This document shows positions 56,623 through 64,000 of a stretch of DNA of 64,000 nt, one piece after another. This DNA comes from an uncultured Enterobacterales bacterium (GTDB taxonomy: Bacteria > Myxococcota_A > UBA796 > UBA2385): the NCBI GenBank assembly GCA_964599085.1, contig CAZRFD010000011.1:18530-82529 (forward strand), written 5' to 3'. Positions within the stretch are counted from its first letter, which is position 1. Each line of letters begins with the position of its first letter. The notes beneath the pieces are model-generated. The model was given only the letters and a program-made list of their open reading frames with translations, was not told the DNA's origin and did not search any database. Made by a program: the position numbers and the translations under genes.

Positions 56623-58913
56623 CCGCCGGCTCCGAAGTGCAGCCATCCGCCCGGCCGCAGCCAGGCGTGGGAGAGGTGGGGCGCGGGCCAGGCCTCGCCG
56701 TCCAGCGAGATCTCCACCGGCTGGTCACCCGCCTGCGGGTCCACGTCCGAGGTGATCGTGAACACCCCGCCCTGGTGATCGAACTCGATCCGCTCGAAGG
56801 CCGGCAGGCCCAGCACGTAGCGCTCGCTACCCGCCAGTGGGTACAGCCCCATGGCCGACCAGACGAACCACGCCGAGCTGGTGCCGGCGTCGTCGTTGCC
56901 GGTGATCCCGTTGGCTTCGGTGCTGTAGTAGGTATCCATCACCCAGCGCACCCACACCCGGCTCAGGTCCGGTCGGCCCGCGAGGGCGAACATCCACGGG
57001 ATGTGCAGGCTCGGTTCGTTGCCGTGCCAGTACCAGGAGTTCGGCACGGCTTCGAGCCGGTCGGCTTCTTCGATGGCCGTCTGCTCCATCATCTCGGTCA
57101 GCCGTTCCAGCGCCACCTGATCGCCGCCGAGCACGTCGAAGAGCGCTTCGGGTTCGTGGGGCGCCAGCCACAGGTACTGGCGGGCGTTGCCCTCTGCGTA
57201 GACATCGTCCCAGGCTTCGGGGCTGGACAGCTCCTGGAAGCTGCCGTCCGACAGTCGCCCCTGGATCCAGCCGGTGTCGGGGTTGTAGAGCTTGCGCCAG
57301 GCGTGGCTGCGCCGGCGCAGCTCGGCGGCATCGGCGCCCATGCCGAAGTCTTCGGCGACCTCGGCCAGGGCGTAGTCGCTGATCGCCAGTTCCTGCGTCC
57401 AGGACACCGAGGTGCCGTTCTTGTCGGCGGGGATGTAGCCATAGGTCGAGAGGTAGTCGGGGTCGGGGCGACCGCCGTAGTCCGGCGAGACGCGCCCCAG
57501 CGCGACGTCGACGGCGCGCGGCGCGACGATGTCCTCTCCCCAGTCGCGGATCCCCTTGCGCCAGGCCTCGGCCCACACGATGTTCGCCGGCGTGCCGATC
57601 ATCGACCCGGAGTCGTAGGTGGCCGCCGCCCAGCGGGGCAGGTTGCCGCCGTCCTGCACCATCCGCGCAAAGCTCGCCAGCAGGTCGTGGTGGCGTTCGG
57701 GCCAAAGCAGGGTGAACAGCGGGTGCAGCGTCCGGTAGGTGTCCCACAGGCTGTAGTCGGTGTGGTAGCCGTGGCCGGCAACGTGGATCTCACCGTCGAA
57801 GCCCCGATAGCGCCAGTCGACGTCGCTGTACAGCGTCGGCATCTGCAGGCAGTGGTACAGCGCGGTGGCCAGCTCGACCCGGTCGCTGTCGCTGCCCCCC
57901 CAGACGCGCATGGGCGACAGCGCGTCCTCCCACTGTGCCCAGGCGTCGTCGGCGACGCTCTCCAGCTCCCAGGTCGTGGCCTCTGCGTCGAGGTTCTGCC
58001 AGGCGCCGTCGAGGTCCACGGTGCTCAGCGCCACCTTGAGCCGGACCTCCTCCGTCCCCTGGGGGTAGGCCAGCCAGCCGCCGACCCGCACGTGGGGGGC
58101 GTCGTCGTCGAGGTTCGTCTCCCGTGCGGCCGAGGTCGCGCCGTCCACGAGCGTGATCCCGCTGCTGTCGGCGCCGTCGTCGCCCTCGACGCCCGTCCAC
58201 GTGCCGTGCCCCGTGGGCGCCCGGTCCGGCACCGCGACGAACCACACGCTGAACGGCCGGGTCAGCTCGCCGTCGACGACCAGCTCTCCCTGGATGGTGC
58301 CGCTGCCCGGGTCGATGTCGACCCAGGCGCCGCGCGTGATGCCCGACCCCAGGGCGTGGCCGAGATCGACGATGACGGTCGGTCCCTGCACCGTGTCGGC
58401 GAAGCGGTAGCGGTGCAGCGCTGTGTGCGCCGTCGCCGTCAGCTCCACCTGGACGTCGGGGTCATGCAGGTCGACGGCGTACCAGCCCGGGCGGGCGTCT
58501 TCGTGGTCGTGGTCGAAGGACGCCCGGTAGCCGGGCTCCAGCGCTTGTTCGGGCCGGATCCCCGGACCGTCGCCGCGGTCGACCGGCATGACCGCGACCG
58601 CGGCGTAGTCGGTGACGCCGATGGCGTACATGTGCAGGTGCGAGAAGCCCTGGATGTAGACGTCGTCGTAGTGGTAGCCGCCGCCGTGGTGGTAGCCGGG
58701 GGCGGTGCCAGCGGCGTCGGCGGTGTCCGGGCTCACCTTGACCAGCCCCATGGGCACGGTTGCGCCCGGGTAGGCGTTGCCGACGCTGAAGCCGAGCCCG
58801 CCGGTGCCGATGAAGGGATCGACCAGCGGCAGCAGCGCCACCGGATCCTCGTCCGGCGGCGGTGGCGGTGGGGTCGTGGCGGTGCAGGCCAGCAGGCCGG
58901 CGAGGAGGAGCAT
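56619..58913 (-). CDS. GH92 family alpha-mannosidase lipoprotein
   Basis: The ATG at 58913 gives MLLLAGLLAC. DPFIGTGG, GFSHLH, WDTYRTLHPL, YWHGNEPSLHIPW and TGNDDAGTSSAW are GH92 signatures. Confidence 0.9.
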   Translation of the reverse strand: MLLLAGLLACTATTPPPPPPDEDPVALLPLVDPFIGTGGLGFSVGNAYPGATVPMGLVKVSPDTADAAGTAPGYHHGGGYHYDDVYIQGFSHLHMYAIGVTDYAAVAVMPVDRGDGPGIRPEQALEPGYRASFDHDHEDARPGWYAVDLHDPDVQVELTATAHTALHRYRFADTVQGPTVIVDLGHALGSGITRGAWVDIDPGSGTIQGELVVDGELTRPFSVWFVAVPDRAPTGHGTWTGVEGDDGADSSGITLVDGATSAARETNLDDDAPHVRVGGWLAYPQGTEEVRLKVALSTVDLDGAWQNLDAEATTWELESVADDAWAQWEDALSPMRVWGGSDSDRVELATALYHCLQMPTLYSDVDWRYRGFDGEIHVAGHGYHTDYSLWDTYRTLHPLFTLLWPERHHDLLASFARMVQDGGNLPRWAAATYDSGSMIGTPANIVWAEAWRKGIRDWGEDIVAPRAVDVALGRVSPDYGGRPDPDYLSTYGYIPADKNGTSVSWTQELAISDYALAEVAEDFGMGADAAELRRRSHAWRKLYNPDTGWIQGRLSDGSFQELSSPEAWDDVYAEGNARQYLWLAPHEPEALFDVLGGDQVALERLTEMMEQTAIEEADRLEAVPNSWYWHGNEPSLHIPWMFALAGRPDLSRVWVRWVMDTYYSTEANGITGNDDAGTSSAWFVWSAMGLYPLAGSERYVLGLPAFERIEFDHQGGVFTITSDVDPQAGDQPVEISLDGEAWPAPHLSHAWLRPGGWLHFGAGG

Positions 58914-59100
58914 CGACAGACCTCGGGGGTGCGCATCGTACCCGACCGCCTCCGCCGCCTGTCCTCGACGTCGCCGCTGGTGCCGTTGGCGCCTCGATGG
59001 AGCTTCACGTCTGCTACGCTGCGGGCTGGCACCGTGCCGATCGCGCTGCGGGTGCTGCGAAGTCTCGACAGCTCGCGGCACCGTGGGAGCTGTCCTGTCG

Positions 59101-61056
59101 ATGGAAACCGAGGTTCGCCGCTACCGGGTGATCGAAGCCGTGGGCCGCGGGGGCTTCGGGACCGTCTACCGGGCCGAGCTGGTGGGACCGAGCGGCTTCC
59201 GCAAGGAAGTCGCCTTGAAGGTGCTGAATCCAGACGCGCCGGAAGCCGCCGGGGTGGCCGAGCGGCTGCGCGACGAAGCCCGCGTGCTCGGCATGTTGCG
59301 CCACCGCGCCATCGTCCAGGTCGACGGGCTCCACCTGCTCGGCGGGCGCTGGACCGTCGTCATGGAATTCGTCGAGGGGGTCGACCTCAAGCAGCTCCTC
59401 GCGGCGCGCCACAAGGTCCCGCCGGGCGTGGCCCTGGAGATCGTGCAGGAGGTCGCCAACGCCCTCCACTACGCCTACGAGATGAGCATGGACCGCAGCA
59501 CCTCGGGCGTGTCGCCGGGGTCGCTGCGCCTGCTGCACCGGGACATCAAGCCGGGCAACATCCAGCTCACAGCCGCCGGAGAGGTGAAGGTCCTCGACTT
59601 CGGCGTTGCCCGGGCGGACTTTGCCGATCGTGAAGCCCACACGCAGTCGGTGTACTTCGGCTCCCTCAACTACATGTCGCCCGAACGCCTCGACGGCATC
59701 GACGACCACAAGGGGGACATCTACGCGCTGGGGGCCGTGCTCTACGAGCTGGTCATGGGCGAACCCCTGGGGCGCACCTCCGCCAGCCGGGAACGTCACG
59801 ACGCCCGCCTGCGCGAAGCGCTGGGCAAGCTCTGGGACCAGCTCCCCAGCGAAGACCTCTACCGTCTCATCGCCGAGTGCCTGCTCTACGACCCCGACGC
59901 CCGCCCGACCGCGCGCGAGCTGGAGCGGGCCTGCCGCACCCTGCGCCCGGGCTTCGGGGCGCCGTGGCTGTCGGAGTGGGCCGAGGAACAGGTCCCCGAT
60001 CTGCTGGAGGCGCGGGAAGCCATCGAAGACGATCTCTCCGGGGCGACCCTCGTCGAGCAGGGCGGCGTCTCGGGCGGCGTGACCGACAGCGTGGCCGAAG
60101 AGGTGCCGGCTGCGCCGGCCCGGCCGCGCGGCTCCGGTCGGGGCCGGGTGGTCGCCGCAGCGGCGGGCACGGCCTTGATCGTCGTGGTTGGGGGCGGCTT
60201 CGTGATCGGCACGACCCTGTGGCCCGACGCCGGTCCGGTCCCGGCGTCGGCGGCGGTGCAGCCTGGCAGCGATGCGCCTGCTGCGGGCGACGGCCAGGCC
60301 GACGCGCTCGACGAGCTCGGTGCAGCCCTCGACGGCGACGTTGCCCAGGCACCTGCGGTGGCGGACCCGGCGGCAGAGCCGTGGTTCATGGATGGCGTCG
60401 ACGACGCCGAACTCGTCGACGACGCAGACGCCGCCGGGGTGGTGGACGATGCGGCCGACCCCGGCACCGCCGACCCCGGCACCGCCGACCCTGGCACCGC
60501 CGACGCTGCGCCCGCTGCGGCAAGCGACGCGGGTCGGTCGACGGAAGCCTCCGGCTCCTCCAGCCAGACCGCAGCGCGCTCGACCGCGGGCAGCTCGACC
60601 TCGGGAAGCTCGACCGCCAGCGCGGCGCCCTCCTCCTCGACCACCGGCGGCGCGGCGTCCTCCTCGACGACCGATGCTCCGTCGACCCCGGCATCGTCGC
60701 CCGCCACCTCGTCGGGGTCCAGCTCGTCGGGATCCTCTTCGACTGGCGCCACCTCCACGACCTCTCCCTCGACGGGCCCCTCCTCCGCCTCCGGCGCGAC
60801 AAGCACCGGGACCGGTGCGTCGGCCAGCTCCGGGTCGGGCAACGTCCGGCTGCTGCGCGCCGCGGCCGGGCTCAAGGTGGTCCTGGTGGACGGCAGCGGC
60901 AGCCACCCCCCCGGTCGCCTGCCCGCAGGCCGCTACAAGGTCCGCGCGACCTTCCCCGACGGCACCGTCAACGACAGCCTCTCGGTCGACGTCGTCGCTG
61001 GAGGGACGGTCACCTTGACCTGCAACGTCGGGCTGAAGAGCTGCGTGAAGCTGTGA
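59101..61056 (+). CDS. Hanks-type Ser/Thr protein kinase with a TM helix, Ser/Thr-rich extracytoplasmic region and a PEGA-like C-terminal domain
   Basis: ATG at 59101. GRGGFGTVYRA, VALKVL, HRDIKPGNIQL, DFG, SPE. TM helix VVAAAAGTALIVVVGGGFVIG. 3 x ADPGT. About 100-aa Ser/Thr/Gly/Ala tract. The C-terminus, GRYKVRATFPDGTVNDSLSVDVVAGGTVTLTCN, is PEGA-like. Confidence 0.9.
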   Translation: METEVRRYRVIEAVGRGGFGTVYRAELVGPSGFRKEVALKVLNPDAPEAAGVAERLRDEARVLGMLRHRAIVQVDGLHLLGGRWTVVMEFVEGVDLKQLLAARHKVPPGVALEIVQEVANALHYAYEMSMDRSTSGVSPGSLRLLHRDIKPGNIQLTAAGEVKVLDFGVARADFADREAHTQSVYFGSLNYMSPERLDGIDDHKGDIYALGAVLYELVMGEPLGRTSASRERHDARLREALGKLWDQLPSEDLYRLIAECLLYDPDARPTARELERACRTLRPGFGAPWLSEWAEEQVPDLLEAREAIEDDLSGATLVEQGGVSGGVTDSVAEEVPAAPARPRGSGRGRVVAAAAGTALIVVVGGGFVIGTTLWPDAGPVPASAAVQPGSDAPAAGDGQADALDELGAALDGDVAQAPAVADPAAEPWFMDGVDDAELVDDADAAGVVDDAADPGTADPGTADPGTADAAPAAASDAGRSTEASGSSSQTAARSTAGSSTSGSSTASAAPSSSTTGGAASSSTTDAPSTPASSPATSSGSSSSGSSSTGATSTTSPSTGPSSASGATSTGTGASASSGSGNVRLLRAAAGLKVVLVDGSGSHPPGRLPAGRYKVRATFPDGTVNDSLSVDVVAGGTVTLTCNVGLKSCVKL

Positions 61057-61074
61057 TCCGGCAGCCCGGACGGC

Positions 61075-61728
61075 TCAGCCGGGCAGCGTGATCAGCCAGG
61101 TCGTCACGATCCACGACTCGAAGCCCAGCTCGCGGAAGTGGATCTCGTCGATGGCGTCGTGTTCCTGGAGGACCTGCACGTCGGCATCCGACCACAGGGC
61201 GCGGACCTCGTCGGGGCTGACGCTCCACGGCGGCCCGTCCATGCGGCTCTGGTCGTAGAGGTAGGTGTTCAGCAGGATCTTCGCCCCGGGGCGCAGCAGC
61301 TCGCGCAGCTTGGCGACGTAGGCCGGCCGCCGCGCTTCGGAGAGCGCGACCAGCGCCGCCCGGTCCCAGACCCGGTCAAAGGTGCCGGCGATGTCTTCGG
61401 ACAGGTCGAAGAAGTCGCCCTCGTAGATCGTGATGCCGGGGCTGGTGTGGACCTTGAAACCCTCGTCTTCGTCGACGAAGGGGCGGAGGCGCTGCTCTTC
61501 GTGGAAGGCGGCCACCGCCTTGGCGGCGATCTCGACACCGGCCGTCTCGTGGCCGCGGCCGGCCAGGAAGGAGATGTCGACGGACTTGCCGCAGAGGGGC
61601 ACCAGCACGCAGTGGTGGGCTTCATCCAGCCACTGGTCGAGGAAGGTGCGCAGGTCGGGATGCACCTCGCCGCGGTGGAAGCCGATGCCGCCTTCTTCCC
61701 AGCGAGCCAACCAGAACTCGCGATCCAT
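61075..61728 (-). CDS. tpm: thiopurine S-methyltransferase family protein
   Basis: 217 aa. FWLARWEEGGIGFHRGEVHP, VLVPLCGKSVDISFLAGRGHETAGVEI, WDRAALVAL are typical TPMT motifs. Confidence 0.85.
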   Translation of the reverse strand: MDREFWLARWEEGGIGFHRGEVHPDLRTFLDQWLDEAHHCVLVPLCGKSVDISFLAGRGHETAGVEIAAKAVAAFHEEQRLRPFVDEDEGFKVHTSPGITIYEGDFFDLSEDIAGTFDRVWDRAALVALSEARRPAYVAKLRELLRPGAKILLNTYLYDQSRMDGPPWSVSPDEVRALWSDADVQVLQEHDAIDEIHFRELGFESWIVTTWLITLPG

Positions 61729-61819
61729 GTGTCCTCCCGCTCGGAGCGGAAGCCGGGCGCGCGCGCTTCGCTCGCCCGACCCGGCGCACCCTACCGCAAG
61801 TCGGACCCGCTGTGACGCG

Positions 61820-62296
61820 TCATGGCGTCAGCCCGACGCGGCGTCGCGCCTCGACGCAGCTCCGGCCGCCCACGGGAAAGTCGCGGCAGCTCCGCGGGCG
61901 GTCGGCGTACACCCGGCAGGACAGGTCGGGCAGCTCGCCGTCGAGGCAGACGCAGCGGCCACCGGGCCGCGGGAGCTGGAGCTGGCCGAAGTCCTCCACC
62001 AGCAGCTCGCCGTGGAGCCGCGCGAAGGCTTCGTGGCGTCCGACCTCCACGCAGTGGTAGGCCTCGCGGCAGCAAGCGCCGCAGGCACTGCACGACAGCG
62101 ACGCCCCGAAGGCCGGGCAGGCGGGCCAGTCGTCGCGGATCGCCGTCGCGTCGGGATGCCGGTGGCAGCGGGGGATGGAGGGGCCGCGCTCGGGGACGTA
62201 GCGCCAGGTACAGCCCCCGCACGTGGTGCCGGGTGGTGCCTCGCGTGCGGCGGGGCGCTCGGGCGGCCACAGGGGGTTGGCGACTGGATGGGGCAC
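61820..62296 (-). CDS. YkgJ/UPF0153-type CxxCxxCC zinc/iron-chelating domain protein
   Basis: C-terminal part of ORF 61820..62734. LSCSACGACCREAY motif plus further Cys pairs. The start is uncertain; the GTG at 62296 was chosen because the divergent plus-strand gene begins at 62339. Confidence 0.55.
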   Translation of the reverse strand: MPHPVANPLWPPERPAAREAPPGTTCGGCTWRYVPERGPSIPRCHRHPDATAIRDDWPACPAFGASLSCSACGACCREAYHCVEVGRHEAFARLHGELLVEDFGQLQLPRPGGRCVCLDGELPDLSCRVYADRPRSCRDFPVGGRSCVEARRRVGLTP

Positions 62297-62338
62297 GGGT
62301 CGACCGGCTAACTGCCGAGCAAGGAGGGAGCCGTCGCC

Positions 62339-63085
62339 ATGGCGCAGCACTTCGACCCCACCGCCCGCTACCCCGACGCCCAGGCCGACCCGCGCGACCT
62401 CGAAGACGTCCACCGCTTGCGGGTGCCGCCCGACCTGCACGACGACACCTGGCAGCGCCCGGTGGCGCGCCGCTACGTCGATCCGCTCGACGTCGTCTGG
62501 CTCGCGACTGTGCGCCGCTTCGGCATGCACCTGCGGCGCGACCCGGCCATCTTCAGCATGACCGATGGCCAGGGCCTGCTGGCGCTGTCCACGCGCGACG
62601 ACCTCGACGCCGACGACTGCACCGCCCAGATGGTGCTGCACGAGCTCTGCCACTGGGTCACCAACGGCGTCGACTCCTGGCACGAGCGCGACTGGGGCTT
62701 CCCCCTCTGGGACGAGATCGACGTCCGCGAGCACGGCTGCCTCCGCCTGCAGGCCTGGCTGGGGCAGCGCTGGGGCCTCCGCGAGTTCTTCGGGCCCACC
62801 GGCGGCTTCCGGCAGTACTACGATCGGCTGCCCGCTGACCCCCTCGCCCCCATCGACGACAGCGAGTGGGAAGCCGCCGCGGTCCGCATCGGCTGCGACG
62901 CCGTGGCCCGGGTGCAGCGGCCGCCCTTCTGGGGCCCGCTGTCGGCGGCGATGGAGGCCACCGCCCGGATCCGTGCGGTCGTCGCCGAGTTCGAGGGCGA
63001 CTACGACAGCGAGCTGCCCGACGACCCGCTGCCGCTGCTGTGGGCCGGCCCCGCTACTGCTGCTGCCCCGGTTCCCAGGACGTGA
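62339..63085 (+). CDS. hypothetical protein with an HExxH motif (putative zinc metallopeptidase-like)
   Basis: 248 aa. The ATG is preceded by AAGGAGGGAG. MVLHELCHWVTNG. Confidence 0.6.
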   Translation: MAQHFDPTARYPDAQADPRDLEDVHRLRVPPDLHDDTWQRPVARRYVDPLDVVWLATVRRFGMHLRRDPAIFSMTDGQGLLALSTRDDLDADDCTAQMVLHELCHWVTNGVDSWHERDWGFPLWDEIDVREHGCLRLQAWLGQRWGLREFFGPTGGFRQYYDRLPADPLAPIDDSEWEAAAVRIGCDAVARVQRPPFWGPLSAAMEATARIRAVVAEFEGDYDSELPDDPLPLLWAGPATAAAPVPRT

Positions 63086-63797
63086 GGTTGGCGTAGCCGT
63101 CGATCTTCACCTCTCCCACGTTGCGGGCGATGTAGCTGGTGGTCGACCACTCTTCGTAGGCGTGGCGCGGGTCGCTGCTCCACATCGACTCGATCTTCAG
63201 CACGTCGAAGCTGCCAGCGGGCACGGTCACCGTCGTTTCGTCGACGGCCGCCATGGTCACCGTCAGCGGGCGGGTGGTCTCGCCGCCGCTGGTCGACAGG
63301 TTGAAGCTCTGGTCGAAGCCCCAGGTGTCGCCGACGGCGATGTCGTAGGGCCACAGGAGCTGTGCCTCGTCGAACTGCGCCGACCAGAAGGCCTGGTCGT
63401 CGCGGGTCGCCGTGCTGTGGTCGTACAGCCCTTCCCACTGCAGCAGGGAGACGCCGTCTTCGTTGCAGATGAAGCGGTACTCGAACTGGTCGTCCCAGCG
63501 CTCGTGGCCGGGGACGTTGAGGCTGATGTCTTCGCGGTAGACGTAGACCTTCACGCCCTGGAAGGTCTCGGTCTTGTCGACCTCGGCCAGCCAGGCGCCG
63601 CTGATCTCCGTCTCCTTGGTGTACGCCTCGTCGATCTGCCAGCTCCACTTTGCGTCGACCTGCCAGAACGCCGTCCACGGGCCACAGGGGCCGACCGTCT
63701 CGGTGGTGCCGGTGTCGTCGATGACCACCGGGCCGCCGGAGTCGGCGGTCCCCTTGTCGGTGCAGGCCAGGGCCATGGCCAGGGTGATGAGCGTCAT
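63054..63797 (-). CDS. hypothetical lipoprotein
   Basis: 247 aa. Signal MTLITLAMALACTDKG. Beta-rich and Trp/Asp/Glu-rich. Its 3' end overlaps the convergent HExxH gene by 32 nt. Confidence 0.65.
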   Translation of the reverse strand: MTLITLAMALACTDKGTADSGGPVVIDDTGTTETVGPCGPWTAFWQVDAKWSWQIDEAYTKETEISGAWLAEVDKTETFQGVKVYVYREDISLNVPGHERWDDQFEYRFICNEDGVSLLQWEGLYDHSTATRDDQAFWSAQFDEAQLLWPYDIAVGDTWGFDQSFNLSTSGGETTRPLTVTMAAVDETTVTVPAGSFDVLKIESMWSSDPRHAYEEWSTTSYIARNVGEVKIDGYANLTSWEPGQQQ

Positions 63798-63862
63798 GTC
63801 TCCTCCGCCGGTCGTGGGGACGGACGACAGTCGTACCCGATCCGTACGCCGCTGGCGCGCGG

Positions 63863-64000
63863 TCAGGAGTGGTCGTCGGCCTTCACCACCTTGGGGCCGG
63901 CGTCGCCTGTGGCGCGCACCAGCTTGCCGCCCTCGTTGACCCAGGTCGAGAATCCGGCGCGCTGGGCGTCAGCAAGGGAGGGGGCGTCCTTGCGGATCGT
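63863..64000 (-). CDS. hypothetical protein, C-terminal fragment (5' part lies beyond the right edge)
   Basis: The open-ended minus-strand frame reads ...TIRKDAPSLADAQRAGFSTWVNEGGKLVRATGDAGPKVVKADDHS* with high GC3. No family assignable. Confidence 0.4.
   Translation of the reverse strand, partial: TIRKDAPSLADAQRAGFSTWVNEGGKLVRATGDAGPKVVKADDHS

Noticed and set aside
56607-59633. 1008-aa plus-strand ORF
   Set aside because: Most of it is antisense to the GH92 gene with shadow composition, and it runs out of frame into the real kinase gene, which starts at 59101 in another ORF.

Overview
This is a 64 kb window of about 70% GC. It is densely coded on both strands and has many very short lipobox signal peptides (L-A-C-T/G), MopE-like Cys/Asp motifs and Hanks-type kinases. 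From this I infer a Myxococcota-like (marine myxobacterium-type) chromosome; that inference rests on style only, because no search was run. I support about 58 protein genes.

Recognisable housekeeping blocks:
- A complex I membrane-arm cluster, nuoJKLMN only (5.5-11.4 kb).
- pyk, with a small HTH gene divergent from it, followed by argR-argG-argH (21.4-26.9 kb).
- ilvE plus an M16 peptidase pair (36.6-40.4 kb).
- A complete System I cytochrome c maturation operon, ccmABCDEFGHI (45.6-52.8 kb).

The rest consists of secreted or lipoprotein hydrolases (GH114, GH92, three alpha/beta hydrolases, one MBL-fold protein), transporters (MATE, SSS), two Ser/Thr kinases, two GT-C-like membrane proteins, and several proteins of unknown function.

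I saw no rRNA, tRNA, CRISPR array, transposase, integrase or prophage genes. The window reads as core chromosome rather than an obvious accessory island, and I found no clear multi-gene novel system.

The items I think most deserve a second look:
- A translationally coupled GH92 - unknown membrane protein - HTTM operon.
- An orphan HsdM-HsdS fusion methyltransferase with a single TRD.
- A signal-peptide-less protein with a PG-binding domain and a YkuD-like domain.
- A 178-bp MITE-like element with perfect 14-bp TIRs and a TAGA duplication.
- A 7 x 13-bp C-rich tandem array between argR and argG.
- A lipoprotein/FadL-like pair upstream of ccm.

Most long ORFs in the supplied track that are rich in Arg, Gly, Pro or His are antisense or off-frame artefacts of the high GC content. 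All functional calls come from motif recognition by eye; no database search was run. Start codons are often uncertain by tens of nucleotides.
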